Shown here piece after piece: positions 6,541 to 14,822 of a stretch of DNA of 30,021 nt. The first letter of the stretch is position 1; each line of letters starts with the position of its first letter. The notes under the pieces were generated by a model. It had not been told where the DNA came from. It searched no databases and saw only the letters and a list, made by a program, of their open reading frames with translations. This DNA is from a virus (taxonomy: Duplodnaviria > Caudoviricetes): positions 1 to 30,021 of IMG/VR virus record IMGVR_UViG_3300002307_000167; one strand, given 5' to 3'. Made by a program: the position numbers and the translations under genes.

Positions 6541-7212
6541 TCACCTACCGGTCACCGAAAGATATATGAGCAGCACTTTGGTCCTATCCCCAAAGACTCA
6601 AACGGGCGCTCATACGAAATACATCACATAGACGGTAATCATTCAAACAATGATCCATCAAATCTAAAATGCGTTACAATACAAGAACATTATGATATCC
6701 ATCATTCACAAGGAGATTGGGCTGCGTGTTTGCTCATTGCAAACAGAATGAATCTCACTTATGAAGAACGATGCCGGATCGCTAAGTTGGCTGCTAAAAC
6801 TAGGACTGAAAACGGTACCAATCCATTTTGCGGACCAGAACTAAATCGCAAGAGAGTTGAGAACGGTACTCATAACTTCTTAGGTCCAGAAACCAATCGT
6901 AAGAGAATAGAAGCCGGAAACCACCCCTGGTTGGACAAAGATGCTGCGAGAGAACGGGAATTAGCTAAAGTGCAGGATGGAAGTCACCGTTTCTTGGGAG
7001 GAGAAATACAAAGTAAAACTGCTAAGAAACGAGTTGAGGAAGGAACTCATCCTTTCTTAGGTGGGCAGGTAGCAAAAAGAACTATGCAACAGCGTTTGGC
7101 AAACGGGACAAGTCCTTCTCAAATAAAGAAAACTTGCGAACATTGTGGCAAAAGTATCAGTTTACCAATGTATAGTAGATGGCACGGAGACAAATGCAAA
7201 AGCAGGGGTTGA
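6529..7212 (+). CDS. HNH homing endonuclease with NGTH repeats and C-terminal Zn finger
   Basis: YEIHHIDGNHSNNDPSNL...EHYDIH; C-terminal CEHC...WHGDKC. Confidence 0.9.
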   Translation: MTIYSPTGHRKIYEQHFGPIPKDSNGRSYEIHHIDGNHSNNDPSNLKCVTIQEHYDIHHSQGDWAACLLIANRMNLTYEERCRIAKLAAKTRTENGTNPFCGPELNRKRVENGTHNFLGPETNRKRIEAGNHPWLDKDAARERELAKVQDGSHRFLGGEIQSKTAKKRVEEGTHPFLGGQVAKRTMQQRLANGTSPSQIKKTCEHCGKSISLPMYSRWHGDKCKSRG

Positions 7213-7228
7213 CCATGAAGTCAACCCC
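7205..7228. terminator. hairpin between convergent genes
   Basis: GGGGTTGAC-CATGAA-GTCAACCCC. Confidence 0.65.
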
Positions 7229-7235
7229 AAATTAT

Positions 7236-7275
7236 CCTTACTTGTTGGCGTTTGCCTGAACTTCGTCAAAGTCAT
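7236..7275 (-). repeat. degenerate duplicate of the nadV 3' end (direct repeat with 7675-7715)
   Basis: ccttacttgttggcgtttgcctgaacttcgtcaaa-gtcat vs ccttacttgttagcgtttgcccgaacttcgtcaaaagtcat. Confidence 0.9.
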
Positions 7276-7665
7276 TTAATCGCCGATATCTTCACCCAGT
7301 GACAACGATCCATCAAGTAACTCTAACACCCTATAGCCGACCTGCCCGTCGAAGAGAGTATCAGGAGTGTCACACATGAACTCTCTAACAACCCGAATAT
7401 CTCCCTCACCATTGTACTTGCTTCGGCGTTTCCAGTTTTTCTCGGTAGTCAAGGCTTTCTCTACCAGATCAATTCTGTATTTTAGAAAGTGAGATATGTG
7501 CTTTTCATACGTGGCCTTATCCATTGCCTTGATATCTTCATCATTGAACTCGTTAGCCACTTCGTCTTCCGCCGCACCTCGGTCACATGCCCAATTTGCA
7601 CTAATATTACCTTGTCGAACTTGGTCTACAATAAACTTTCTGCAATCATTCGTAGTCACAGCCAT
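7276..7665 (-). CDS. hypothetical protein flanked by direct repeats
   Basis: 129 aa ORF, AAGGAG RBS. Confidence 0.75.
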   Translation of the reverse strand: MAVTTNDCRKFIVDQVRQGNISANWACDRGAAEDEVANEFNDEDIKAMDKATYEKHISHFLKYRIDLVEKALTTEKNWKRRSKYNGEGDIRVVREFMCDTPDTLFDGQVGYRVLELLDGSLSLGEDIGD

Positions 7666-7676
7666 TGTATATCTCC

Positions 7677-9059
7677 TTACTTGTTAGCGTTTGCCCGAAC
7701 TTCGTCAAAAGTCATGTCACGAAGAAGAACGCCATTTTCATAGACTGTGTCCAGCATACGCATATCCGATCCAACACAAACATCAGCGACCTCTTCATCA
7801 CGCATAGTAGTGAAGGTTCCATCCTTATGCTGAATCAGTTCCAGCTTACCCTTCTTGCTACGCTTGCCCTTGTCAGTGATTGGGTCCTTGAAAACATCAA
7901 CCCAGGTACCATTGACGAGTGCAGCCGAACACTTCATGGCAAACTTCTGATCGTCACGGTTTACAATCTGGAGCAATGCACCGCCCTGACCGAACACTAC
8001 ATTGTCAGCACTGTAGCCAGCAAGTGTGATAGTGTAGAGGATGCTGCGAATGCTGGCGTGATTGATACCGTCACCCTGCAACACACGAACATTGTTCAGG
8101 ACCTTGTAGCCCTTAGCATTGACGGTATGACCAAAGTACTGATCAAGAATCTTGAGACACTTGAGAACAATGTCAGCAGGATCACCCGAGTCAGGACGCA
8201 CAACAAGAGTAGCACCACTGTCAAGCACATCCTGCTTAAGCTCCGTACCCCACAGCTTGCAAGCGTTGAAGATATCGTAGCTGTCAGAAACAGCACTTAC
8301 AATGCCACCAGGCTTGCCGTTGACCTTGACCATGTTGCGGTAAGAAGCAACCTCGTTCTCACGACCCCAGCTAGTTACAGTGCTGTGTTCCATTGCAGGA
8401 ACGCTAAAGCCAGCCATGTCAGCATTGTAGTAACGACGGGCAAAAAGCAGAGCCTCAACGGTGTCGGTCCCTTGAAAGTTAACCAAGTGTGCGGCGCCAC
8501 CAATACCTGCGCTTTCCAAACTGCTAACCCCACGAGCACCGAAATCGTGAAGTTTAAAATCAATACTAGTAGGATCACCGGTCTTCTCCAGGTAGTCAAG
8601 AATCAGTTTCTTGTTCTCGTAGCTGTTGGTAGCAACAGTAGTCGGGTACCAAACTGCACGAAGCAAAGCAGTCTCAAGGAAGCTAGTCAGCCAGTAGCAG
8701 TTAGGATCAGTGTTCTCAATAGTAACGAGAACATTAAGAGTAGGGATAACAAGTCCCTCAGGGGCAGCCTTGATAATGACAGGCAGCTTACCACCGTGTT
8801 CGCGGACGATGTATTCCCATCCTTCACGATTAAAGGGTTCGCCATGTGTAGTGATGATGGCTTCGGCTTCATCAATCATGTCCATCGTGACAGGAGTAAG
8901 CATGTACTCCTTGATGAAGGCTTGAAGGCCGAAGAAAACAGTAGTATCGTACTTTCCACCGCGGCTTTCAATGTAGCTGTAGATCACTGTAGTTTTGGGA
9001 GGGTATTGTACCCACTGTGAGTACTTGTACGAATCGCTGTTCAAGATTAGGTTATGCAT
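7677..9059 (-). CDS. nadV: nicotinamide phosphoribosyltransferase (NAMPT)
   Basis: SDSYK, LHDFGARG, PAMEHS, VSDSYD, RPDSGDP, QGDG, NRDDQKFAMKCS motifs. Confidence 0.97.
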   Translation of the reverse strand: MHNLILNSDSYKYSQWVQYPPKTTVIYSYIESRGGKYDTTVFFGLQAFIKEYMLTPVTMDMIDEAEAIITTHGEPFNREGWEYIVREHGGKLPVIIKAAPEGLVIPTLNVLVTIENTDPNCYWLTSFLETALLRAVWYPTTVATNSYENKKLILDYLEKTGDPTSIDFKLHDFGARGVSSLESAGIGGAAHLVNFQGTDTVEALLFARRYYNADMAGFSVPAMEHSTVTSWGRENEVASYRNMVKVNGKPGGIVSAVSDSYDIFNACKLWGTELKQDVLDSGATLVVRPDSGDPADIVLKCLKILDQYFGHTVNAKGYKVLNNVRVLQGDGINHASIRSILYTITLAGYSADNVVFGQGGALLQIVNRDDQKFAMKCSAALVNGTWVDVFKDPITDKGKRSKKGKLELIQHKDGTFTTMRDEEVADVCVGSDMRMLDTVYENGVLLRDMTFDEVRANANK

Positions 9060-9143
9060 GATAAAAATCCTTTATCTAAAATGCTAGCTTCTATTAGCTA
9101 GTCTTGATATCTTATTTATAGCGTATTTCTGTGTCTGTGTCAA
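9060..9143 (-). promoter_or_regulatory. nadV promoter(s) and two-hairpin leader
   Basis: TTGACA-17-TATAAA overlapping TATAAATA; CTAGCT-AATAGA-AGCTAG hairpin; GATAAA/TTTATC hairpin over the RBS. Confidence 0.65.
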
Positions 9144-9550
9144 GTTATTTCTGCCAAAATGTTTTTCAAATGTTCCTGCTCGGACCACTTTCGCTCTTGA
9201 TCAATCCTGATCTTGAGATAGTTACGGATGGTGTCACGCTCTTGCCAGATGAAGTCCTCATATTTGCGAAGATGTTTAGAGCATCCATCGCAGCCATAAA
9301 CAAACTGACGACCGATAAACTCAAAATGTCCCACGCTATCGCAACCGTGATGGTGCTTTACTGGAAAGGTGCCTTCGGTGGATTCTGGAGGTGCCTCGAC
9401 AGTATCATATAATTCATCAAAATACCTGGATTCGACAGCATAATGCTGGGTGCCACACTGACATTCCACGTAAACTCCTCCGTATGCACGTTCTTGTGCA
9501 TCATAGAACATTTCACTAGACTTACCGTCGCTTGGAAGAGTGTATTGCAT
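9140..9550 (-). CDS. hypothetical protein with Cys/His motifs
   Basis: 136 aa, CQCG..H and CDGC; start overlaps the upstream stop. Confidence 0.75.
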   Translation of the reverse strand: MQYTLPSDGKSSEMFYDAQERAYGGVYVECQCGTQHYAVESRYFDELYDTVEAPPESTEGTFPVKHHHGCDSVGHFEFIGRQFVYGCDGCSKHLRKYEDFIWQERDTIRNYLKIRIDQERKWSEQEHLKNILAEIT

Positions 9551-10041
9551 TATTCAAATTCCACAAGAGTTACACTTCCGCCTTGTGCAGAAACCTTTTC
9601 AGCAAAATCACTTAACATTTGATTGATTCGTTCGGGATTACCACCAGCCAAACCTTGTCCGATCCGCGGGAAGCCGATCTTGAACGGCCCATATTCGTGA
9701 AGCATCTTTTTCAAGATAACTTCAAACGAAGCGTATTCAAAGTGATCAATGCCACGAGGTGAGAACATCACCTGAGTGTATGCATTAATGATAAGAAACT
9801 TGTGATCACCTTTAACTAGATGAGAAGTATAGCGGCCGAGTTTCTGAACCTGACTATTTGTATCGCCTTCTATTTGGGTAGTCAGAGCGGTGTCAGCTTC
9901 GTATGCTTCTGGGTAGCGGGCACGAATCTCTGCTGCAATCCCTGAACCCATTGTGTTCAAGCAGTTGCAACCGTGGACGATGATGTCAAACTCACCCTGC
10001 TCTGCAAGATCAATAAGATTACCCTTGGTATGAAGCAGCAT
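9550..10041 (-). CDS. macrodomain protein (ADP-ribose processing)
   Basis: GNLI...IVHGCNC.NTMGSGIA...FPRIGQGLAGG. Confidence 0.92.
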   Translation of the reverse strand: MLLHTKGNLIDLAEQGEFDIIVHGCNCLNTMGSGIAAEIRARYPEAYEADTALTTQIEGDTNSQVQKLGRYTSHLVKGDHKFLIINAYTQVMFSPRGIDHFEYASFEVILKKMLHEYGPFKIGFPRIGQGLAGGNPERINQMLSDFAEKVSAQGGSVTLVEFE

Positions 10042-10045
10042 TTTA

Positions 10046-10825
10046 TTATTCCTTTCCTACGAGTTTCCAGCCAATTGAGGTTTTTTGTTCACCTCTCACT
10101 AACTTACCTACACTGCCGGTTGGCATATTATAATTGTTCTCAAACTCAAATCTAGTTGAATGAACTACTCTACCGTCAACGTGTTCAAAAACATAAACAG
10201 TGTGATCATACATTCCATGTTTGGCACCACGGTGAGATTCCGACTGTGCTGCTAGTACCTCTGGTCTATTTTGTGCATTTTTCTGTGCATTACTACGACG
10301 GAGTTTAGTATCCGGCTTACTTTCAGTTTCTAACCTCTTATTAAGTATGTCAGGATCAGTGTGTATCTTCTTTAGCTTTCCAAGCTGAGGAATAGCCCAT
10401 TCTGGATTCTGCCACAATGCTTTGGCACTTTTTCTTCTTTTTTCCTTAGTCTCTGGCTTAGCATTAGTCTTGGCCTGTGCATTTACTCTGCGAATTTCGG
10501 CAGCAGAATCCCGCAATTCAAATGCTATATTATCAGTTTTGTTAAGAAAATCATTACGATGAATTGCATTAATTCTTCGCAAAACTATATGCTCCCACTG
10601 TCTAGCTTTGTCAACACTAATTTCGTCAAACACCTTTCGGACTTGAATGATATCAGGATATCCGTGCAGCTTGATATAATCAGCGACATTGTTACTTGAA
10701 GTAAAGTATGTTACGAATAGTTCCGAAGGATGACAATTTTTAGCGTATCGGACACCATAATACTTCATTCCAGTATTAGACCACATTATAAGATAGGTAT
10801 AGGGAGTTCGGGTATAAATATTCAT
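10046..10825 (-). CDS. GIY-YIG-like free-standing endonuclease
   Basis: YTYLI...YYGVRY...YFTSS...WE...FLN; helical repeats; C-terminal YDHTVYVF...GW domain. Confidence 0.8.
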   Translation of the reverse strand: MNIYTRTPYTYLIMWSNTGMKYYGVRYAKNCHPSELFVTYFTSSNNVADYIKLHGYPDIIQVRKVFDEISVDKARQWEHIVLRRINAIHRNDFLNKTDNIAFELRDSAAEIRRVNAQAKTNAKPETKEKRRKSAKALWQNPEWAIPQLGKLKKIHTDPDILNKRLETESKPDTKLRRSNAQKNAQNRPEVLAAQSESHRGAKHGMYDHTVYVFEHVDGRVVHSTRFEFENNYNMPTGSVGKLVRGEQKTSIGWKLVGKE

Positions 10826-10893
10826 TGCTGATGTTCCAGTATAACATTAGAGTAGTTGGGAACGCCAATTCCGTGAACTACATCTTTATTTAT
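10814..10893 (-). repeat. endonuclease leader cassette, copy 2
   Basis: ATAAATA..GTAGTT-CAC-GGAA..TTCC-C-AACTAC-TCTA-ATGTT..AACAT-CAGCA-ATGAATATTTAT. Confidence 0.9.
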
Positions 10894-10930
10894 CCCGAAC
10901 ATTCCCTTTTTCATAGGTAAATCAAACTCC

Positions 10931-11122
10931 TCAATCCAAATCAATGATGCGGCCGCAGTTAGGGCAATCAATATACTCGTAATAATCGCCGCAGCCGCCG
11001 GGGCCGTTAGAATCGGTCCAGTGCCGAACATCGCTCTTGGCGTATTCTACTACTGACTTGCAGCGAGAACAGGTTACCACATTTTCTGCTTTGTTTTGAT
11101 ATAATACCTTAGCCATGATCAA
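10931..11122 (-). CDS. small Zn-ribbon protein
   Basis: CSRC...CPNC, 63 aa. Confidence 0.75.
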   Translation of the reverse strand: MIMAKVLYQNKAENVVTCSRCKSVVEYAKSDVRHWTDSNGPGGCGDYYEYIDCPNCGRIIDLD

Positions 11123-11178
11123 AAGTCCTAATAAATACTAAATAATATGATAAATAGTTTTAACACAAGAGGTCAACT

Positions 11179-11922
11179 ATGTCAACCGAATATATTCCTT
11201 ACTGCTATCTCATAGGATGGTCCAAACTAGACACTTGGTACTACGGAGTTGAATATGCTAATAATAGTCAACGAGTAGCAAATCCTGCAAATCTCTGGAC
11301 AACTTATTTCACTTCATCAAAACATGTTAGTAACTTCATTGAAGAACACGGTGACCCTGATGTTATCAAAGTTAGAAAGCTGTTCACTACTAGAGAGAAA
11401 GCACAACTTTGGGAATGTACCGTGTTGCGTAGACTCAAAGTAAGAGAAAAAATTAACTGGCTTAATGTTAATCCTGGTGGATTTGGTTTTGCAGTTCCTG
11501 TCGGTGAACTACATCCTTGCTTCGGTAAAAAGCGATCCGAAGAATCAAAAAACAAGCAGCGAGAAACTAGAAAACAACGACACGCACAAGGTTTATATTC
11601 ATATTACAATCATACTCCTGAGCAAATAGAGAAAGTAAGACAACTTGGCAAAAACAATGCTAGACCAAAAGAACAAAGAACATACACTTGCACCAAGTGT
11701 AACACTGTTGTTGAAAAAGTTGAATATACTCACCATCCTATTAATCAAAACTATAGATGCAAACACTGCAAACCAGGGAGACCGCCTAGGCCTGTAGTTA
11801 TGTTTGGTGTTAGGTATGATGGCGAATCATATGCTGCTACTGCATTAAATATGTCAATAGACCAAATACGACACCGATTAGGCAGTGATAAATTCCCAGA
11901 TTGCAATAGATTACAAACCTAG
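11179..11922 (+). CDS. GIY-YIG-like free-standing endonuclease
   Basis: PYCYLIGW...YYGVEY...YFTSS, paralogous to 10046-10825; GKKRSEESK NUMOD-like motif; CxxC pairs; GAGG RBS and ATAAATA. Confidence 0.8.
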   Translation: MSTEYIPYCYLIGWSKLDTWYYGVEYANNSQRVANPANLWTTYFTSSKHVSNFIEEHGDPDVIKVRKLFTTREKAQLWECTVLRRLKVREKINWLNVNPGGFGFAVPVGELHPCFGKKRSEESKNKQRETRKQRHAQGLYSYYNHTPEQIEKVRQLGKNNARPKEQRTYTCTKCNTVVEKVEYTHHPINQNYRCKHCKPGRPPRPVVMFGVRYDGESYAATALNMSIDQIRHRLGSDKFPDCNRLQT

Positions 11923-12987
11923 AAAATATTGCACTATTGCAAAATGGTCATCGAACATCTGGTCTTCTCGCAACTCGCTGATAGGAATCCATTTTGCGCG
12001 GATGGCATCGTCAGCACCCTTCACCTTCGGCAACGTAACATCGTCAGCCAGCTTAAAGTGATAAGCCTTCGTGATAACACGACCAAGCGTAGAACGATAA
12101 GGATCGTCAAAAGTCTCGTGGTCACGAATGCTACCGCGCAGAACAGCTTCCGGCACCTTGATCTTCGTTTCTTCACGAAGTTCGCGGATAGCACCATCAA
12201 GCTGCTTTTCAAATTCGTTCAAGTGTCCACCGGGCAATGCCCACAGACCCTTACCTGGTTCTGCCTTACGCTTGACGAGCAGAATGTGACCACTCTGTTC
12301 AACAACTGCGTCAACAGTGGCGTGCTTTACGGGATAAGGCGACACTTCCCACTGCTTCTTGTAGTCACGAACGAAGTTAAGTTCATTAGCAAGCTGCTCG
12401 TAAGAGTCCATCTTGCGGAAGTTCATGAGGAAACTGAAAACGCTCTTAGGGCAAGCATCACTGATACGACCAGTATCAAGATAATCTTCACGAATAGCAG
12501 TAGCGTGTACATCAGCCTCAATCTCAACGTTGATGGACTTGTACTGCGGGAACAATTTGAGGTAGTAGCTAGTACCATCCTTGCTTGCACCGATCAAGCC
12601 AACCTTAGCATCATTGTATCCCGAAGCCATGAACCCATCTGGGTTGATAACTTCCAGAGTGGTATCCTTGACGATGTTCTGAACCTGCTTGACCCAAGCA
12701 GCATCGTTATAGGTCTTGTCATAGAGGGGCTTAATGATCAAGCGATTAGCGACATAGCTTGCAGGACCGAATTCCTGTTCTACTGCACCGCTGTAAGCAC
12801 CGGTGATCATCTGCTTACGTTCATCAAAGGTGAACGGGTTACGGATCGTTCGGGCTTTTCCGGCAGAACCTACGAGAACCAATACATTTCGAGATTTTTG
12901 AAGCGCGATATCAATGACGCGCTTGTGTTCCACATGAAACGGCTGGAACCGACCGACAAAGACCAGAAGGTCAAACTCTTTTTTCAT
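11911..12987 (-). CDS. nadM: bifunctional NMN adenylyltransferase / Nudix hydrolase (NadM-Nudix)
   Basis: GRFQPFHVEH, RNPFTFDER, HATAIRE; Nudix box GGHLNEFE...AIRELREET; GADDA. Confidence 0.95.
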   Translation of the reverse strand: MKKEFDLLVFVGRFQPFHVEHKRVIDIALQKSRNVLVLVGSAGKARTIRNPFTFDERKQMITGAYSGAVEQEFGPASYVANRLIIKPLYDKTYNDAAWVKQVQNIVKDTTLEVINPDGFMASGYNDAKVGLIGASKDGTSYYLKLFPQYKSINVEIEADVHATAIREDYLDTGRISDACPKSVFSFLMNFRKMDSYEQLANELNFVRDYKKQWEVSPYPVKHATVDAVVEQSGHILLVKRKAEPGKGLWALPGGHLNEFEKQLDGAIRELREETKIKVPEAVLRGSIRDHETFDDPYRSTLGRVITKAYHFKLADDVTLPKVKGADDAIRAKWIPISELREDQMFDDHFAIVQYFLGL

Positions 12988-13078
12988 TGCTCAAAACTCC
13001 TTTGAAGCGATTAAACGAGAAAGTCTATCTTTCTCGTTTCTATTTATACTTTATAGCGCATGCGGTGATAAAAGTCAA
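12988..13078 (-). promoter_or_regulatory. nadM promoters and two-hairpin leader
   Basis: TTGACT-17-TATAAA, then TATAAATA, AAACGAGAAAG-ATAGA-CTTTCTCGTTT hairpin, GCTTCAAA-GGAG-TTTTGAGC hairpin at the RBS. Confidence 0.7.
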
Positions 13079-13098
13079 CCGGTTTTTTCACCTAGGTG

Positions 13099-13176
13099 AT
13101 AAATAAGTGTGAGTCACGGAATCCCCATTCCCACTCACTCTAACGCTTTCGAGGAGCATCAGCAATGACTATTTAT
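13099..13176 (+). repeat. endonuclease leader cassette, copy 3
   Basis: ATAAATA..GTGAGT-CAC-GGAA..TTCC-C-ACTCAC-TCTA-ACGCT..AGCAT-CAGCA-ATGACTATTTAT. Confidence 0.88.
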
Positions 13177-13767
13177 AAACCGAGCCGCAAGTCCACAGGA
13201 ATATACCGTAGACTGTATGAAAAGCATCATGGACCTATTCCCAAAGAACCAAACGGCAGAAGCTATGAAATCCACCATATAGATGGAGACCACTCCAACA
13301 ATGATATATCCAATTTACATTGCGTCACTGCACAAGAACACTACGATATACATTACGAACAGGGAGAGTTTTCTGCTTGTTTTCTAATAGCAAAAAGGTT
13401 AGAATTAAGTCCTCAGGAAAAGTCGGAGATTGCTAGCAAAGCAGCCAAAGAGCGAATACGCAACGGTACACACAACTTTCTAGATAAGGAAGTAAGAAGT
13501 GCGAACGCAAGAAAGGCTAATGCTACTAAAGTAGCCAGCGGAAATCACCTATTTCAAACTGAAGGGCACAAACAGAGACTTAAAGAAATTCTAAGAGTAA
13601 AGTTAAAAGATCATACAATATATACGTTTGAACATTGCCTAACAAAAGAAAGAGTGAGTATGGCACAGCAAGACTTTGTTAGGAAATATTCTCTTAATCA
13701 AGGAAACGTATCTTCAATGATACGCAATCCAAATAAGAGTGTCAAGGGCTGGCGGAGAGTAGGTTAA
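13165..13767 (+). CDS. HNH homing endonuclease
   Basis: YEIHHIDGDHSNNDISNL...EHYDIH; C-terminal DHTIYTF...GW domain. Confidence 0.9.
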   Translation: MTIYKPSRKSTGIYRRLYEKHHGPIPKEPNGRSYEIHHIDGDHSNNDISNLHCVTAQEHYDIHYEQGEFSACFLIAKRLELSPQEKSEIASKAAKERIRNGTHNFLDKEVRSANARKANATKVASGNHLFQTEGHKQRLKEILRVKLKDHTIYTFEHCLTKERVSMAQQDFVRKYSLNQGNVSSMIRNPNKSVKGWRRVG

Positions 13768-13770
13768 TCT

Positions 13771-14097
13771 TTATGCCACAACACCCATATTAACAGCAGT
13801 CTTGACGACCTTGAACTTCACTGCACCGATCTTGATCTGGTCCTCGTTGACGCTTTTAACCAAATAGCTCTTGGCTGCATACTTCGATTGTTCTTCTGCA
13901 ATAGCCTGATGCAAGAATTCATATCCAGCGCGTCCATTGTGCTGCGGTTCCCAATAGAAAGGATTACAACCTGATGCATTAGGATTATGCGAGAGTATCA
14001 ACACGCATTCGTTACCTTCACGATCAATGCCAGTTGTGTGAGGGAAATACCCAACCCACTCGTCATTGCGATTGAGTCCATCAAGATTAAAAGCCAT
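13771..14097 (-). CDS. hypothetical protein
   Basis: 108 aa ORF in operon. Confidence 0.7.
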   Translation of the reverse strand: MAFNLDGLNRNDEWVGYFPHTTGIDREGNECVLILSHNPNASGCNPFYWEPQHNGRAGYEFLHQAIAEEQSKYAAKSYLVKSVNEDQIKIGAVKFKVVKTAVNMGVVA

Positions 14098-14101
14098 CTT
14101 C

Positions 14102-14419
14102 TTATTCCCTGATCAAGGGTTCTTCACCGCTGATAAAACGCTTACTACGAGCGTCAAGTTCATCGGCGCGTTCAACGTTACCCAATTCTCGCATACGTGC
14201 CGCACGAGTAGCAAGATGATAACCATAGCCCAGATCACTCCAAACGGTAATCACGGTTCCATGATCACGAGCTTTAAACTTCCCAGGACCATACATAGCA
14301 CTAAAGGCTGCGTTAACCATATCAGGAGTCAAGTTGCCGATATTAGTAATAGCGTGATTGGGGTGGTCAGAAGTGCCGATTCCGAGCAGCCAATTGTCAT
14401 CACGGTTCCAAATAGCCAT
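14102..14419 (-). CDS. hypothetical protein
   Basis: Start reassigned to MAIWNRDD (GGAG upstream, directly after the upstream stop). Confidence 0.7.
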   Translation of the reverse strand: MAIWNRDDNWLLGIGTSDHPNHAITNIGNLTPDMVNAAFSAMYGPGKFKARDHGTVITVWSDLGYGYHLATRAARMRELGNVERADELDARSKRFISGEEPLIRE

Positions 14420-14420
14420 T

Positions 14421-14723
14421 TTAAGCTCCGTAAATGCAAATAGTTTCAAAGTCATCATCACTCATAGTGAGATAATCCATTTCGGTATATCCATAGCGAT
14501 CAATGCCATTACCGTGACCTGCAAAGCGACCATCTGCAAGCCACGCGCTGTAACCATAGTAGTCATAGCCGTCCTTGTCATAATCCGCAAAGTGGATGAT
14601 ATCATCGTACTCGTCCCATTCCGTAGGAGCAATTTCACCCTTACAGTTATAGATGAATGTGTTTTCGTCGCGGTCTGCGATCATCTTGCGAGTCAGTGCC
14701 GGGCTGTACTTACCTTTAGACAT
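14421..14723 (-). CDS. hypothetical acidic protein with YDxxGY repeats
   Basis: YDKDGYDYYGY...GIDRYGY; AAGGAG RBS. Confidence 0.75.
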   Translation of the reverse strand: MSKGKYSPALTRKMIADRDENTFIYNCKGEIAPTEWDEYDDIIHFADYDKDGYDYYGYSAWLADGRFAGHGNGIDRYGYTEMDYLTMSDDDFETICIYGA

Positions 14724-14748
14724 ATCGCTATCTCCTTGCTATAAATTT

Positions 14749-14777
14749 GTTATATCATTTTGGGTAACCGTTGTCAA
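14749..14777 (-). promoter_or_regulatory. sigma70-type promoter
   Basis: TTGACA-17 nt-TATAAC. Confidence 0.75.
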
Positions 14778-14778
14778 C

Positions 14779-14816
14779 CAAAAAGGTAGGGTGAGAAGAA
14801 ATTAATCTTCTCACCC
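14779..14816 (-). terminator. rtcB terminator
   Basis: GGGTGAGAAG/CTTCTCACCC stem then TACCTTTTT. Confidence 0.7.
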
Positions 14817-14822
14817 ATTTAG

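Noticed and set aside
7665-9020. 451 aa plus-strand ORF
   Set aside because: Antisense shadow of nadV with no recognisable domain
10822-11031. 69 aa minus-strand ORF
   Set aside because: Overlaps the Zn-ribbon gene and runs through leader cassette copy 2
11929-13005. 358 aa plus-strand ORF
   Set aside because: Antisense shadow of nadM-Nudix
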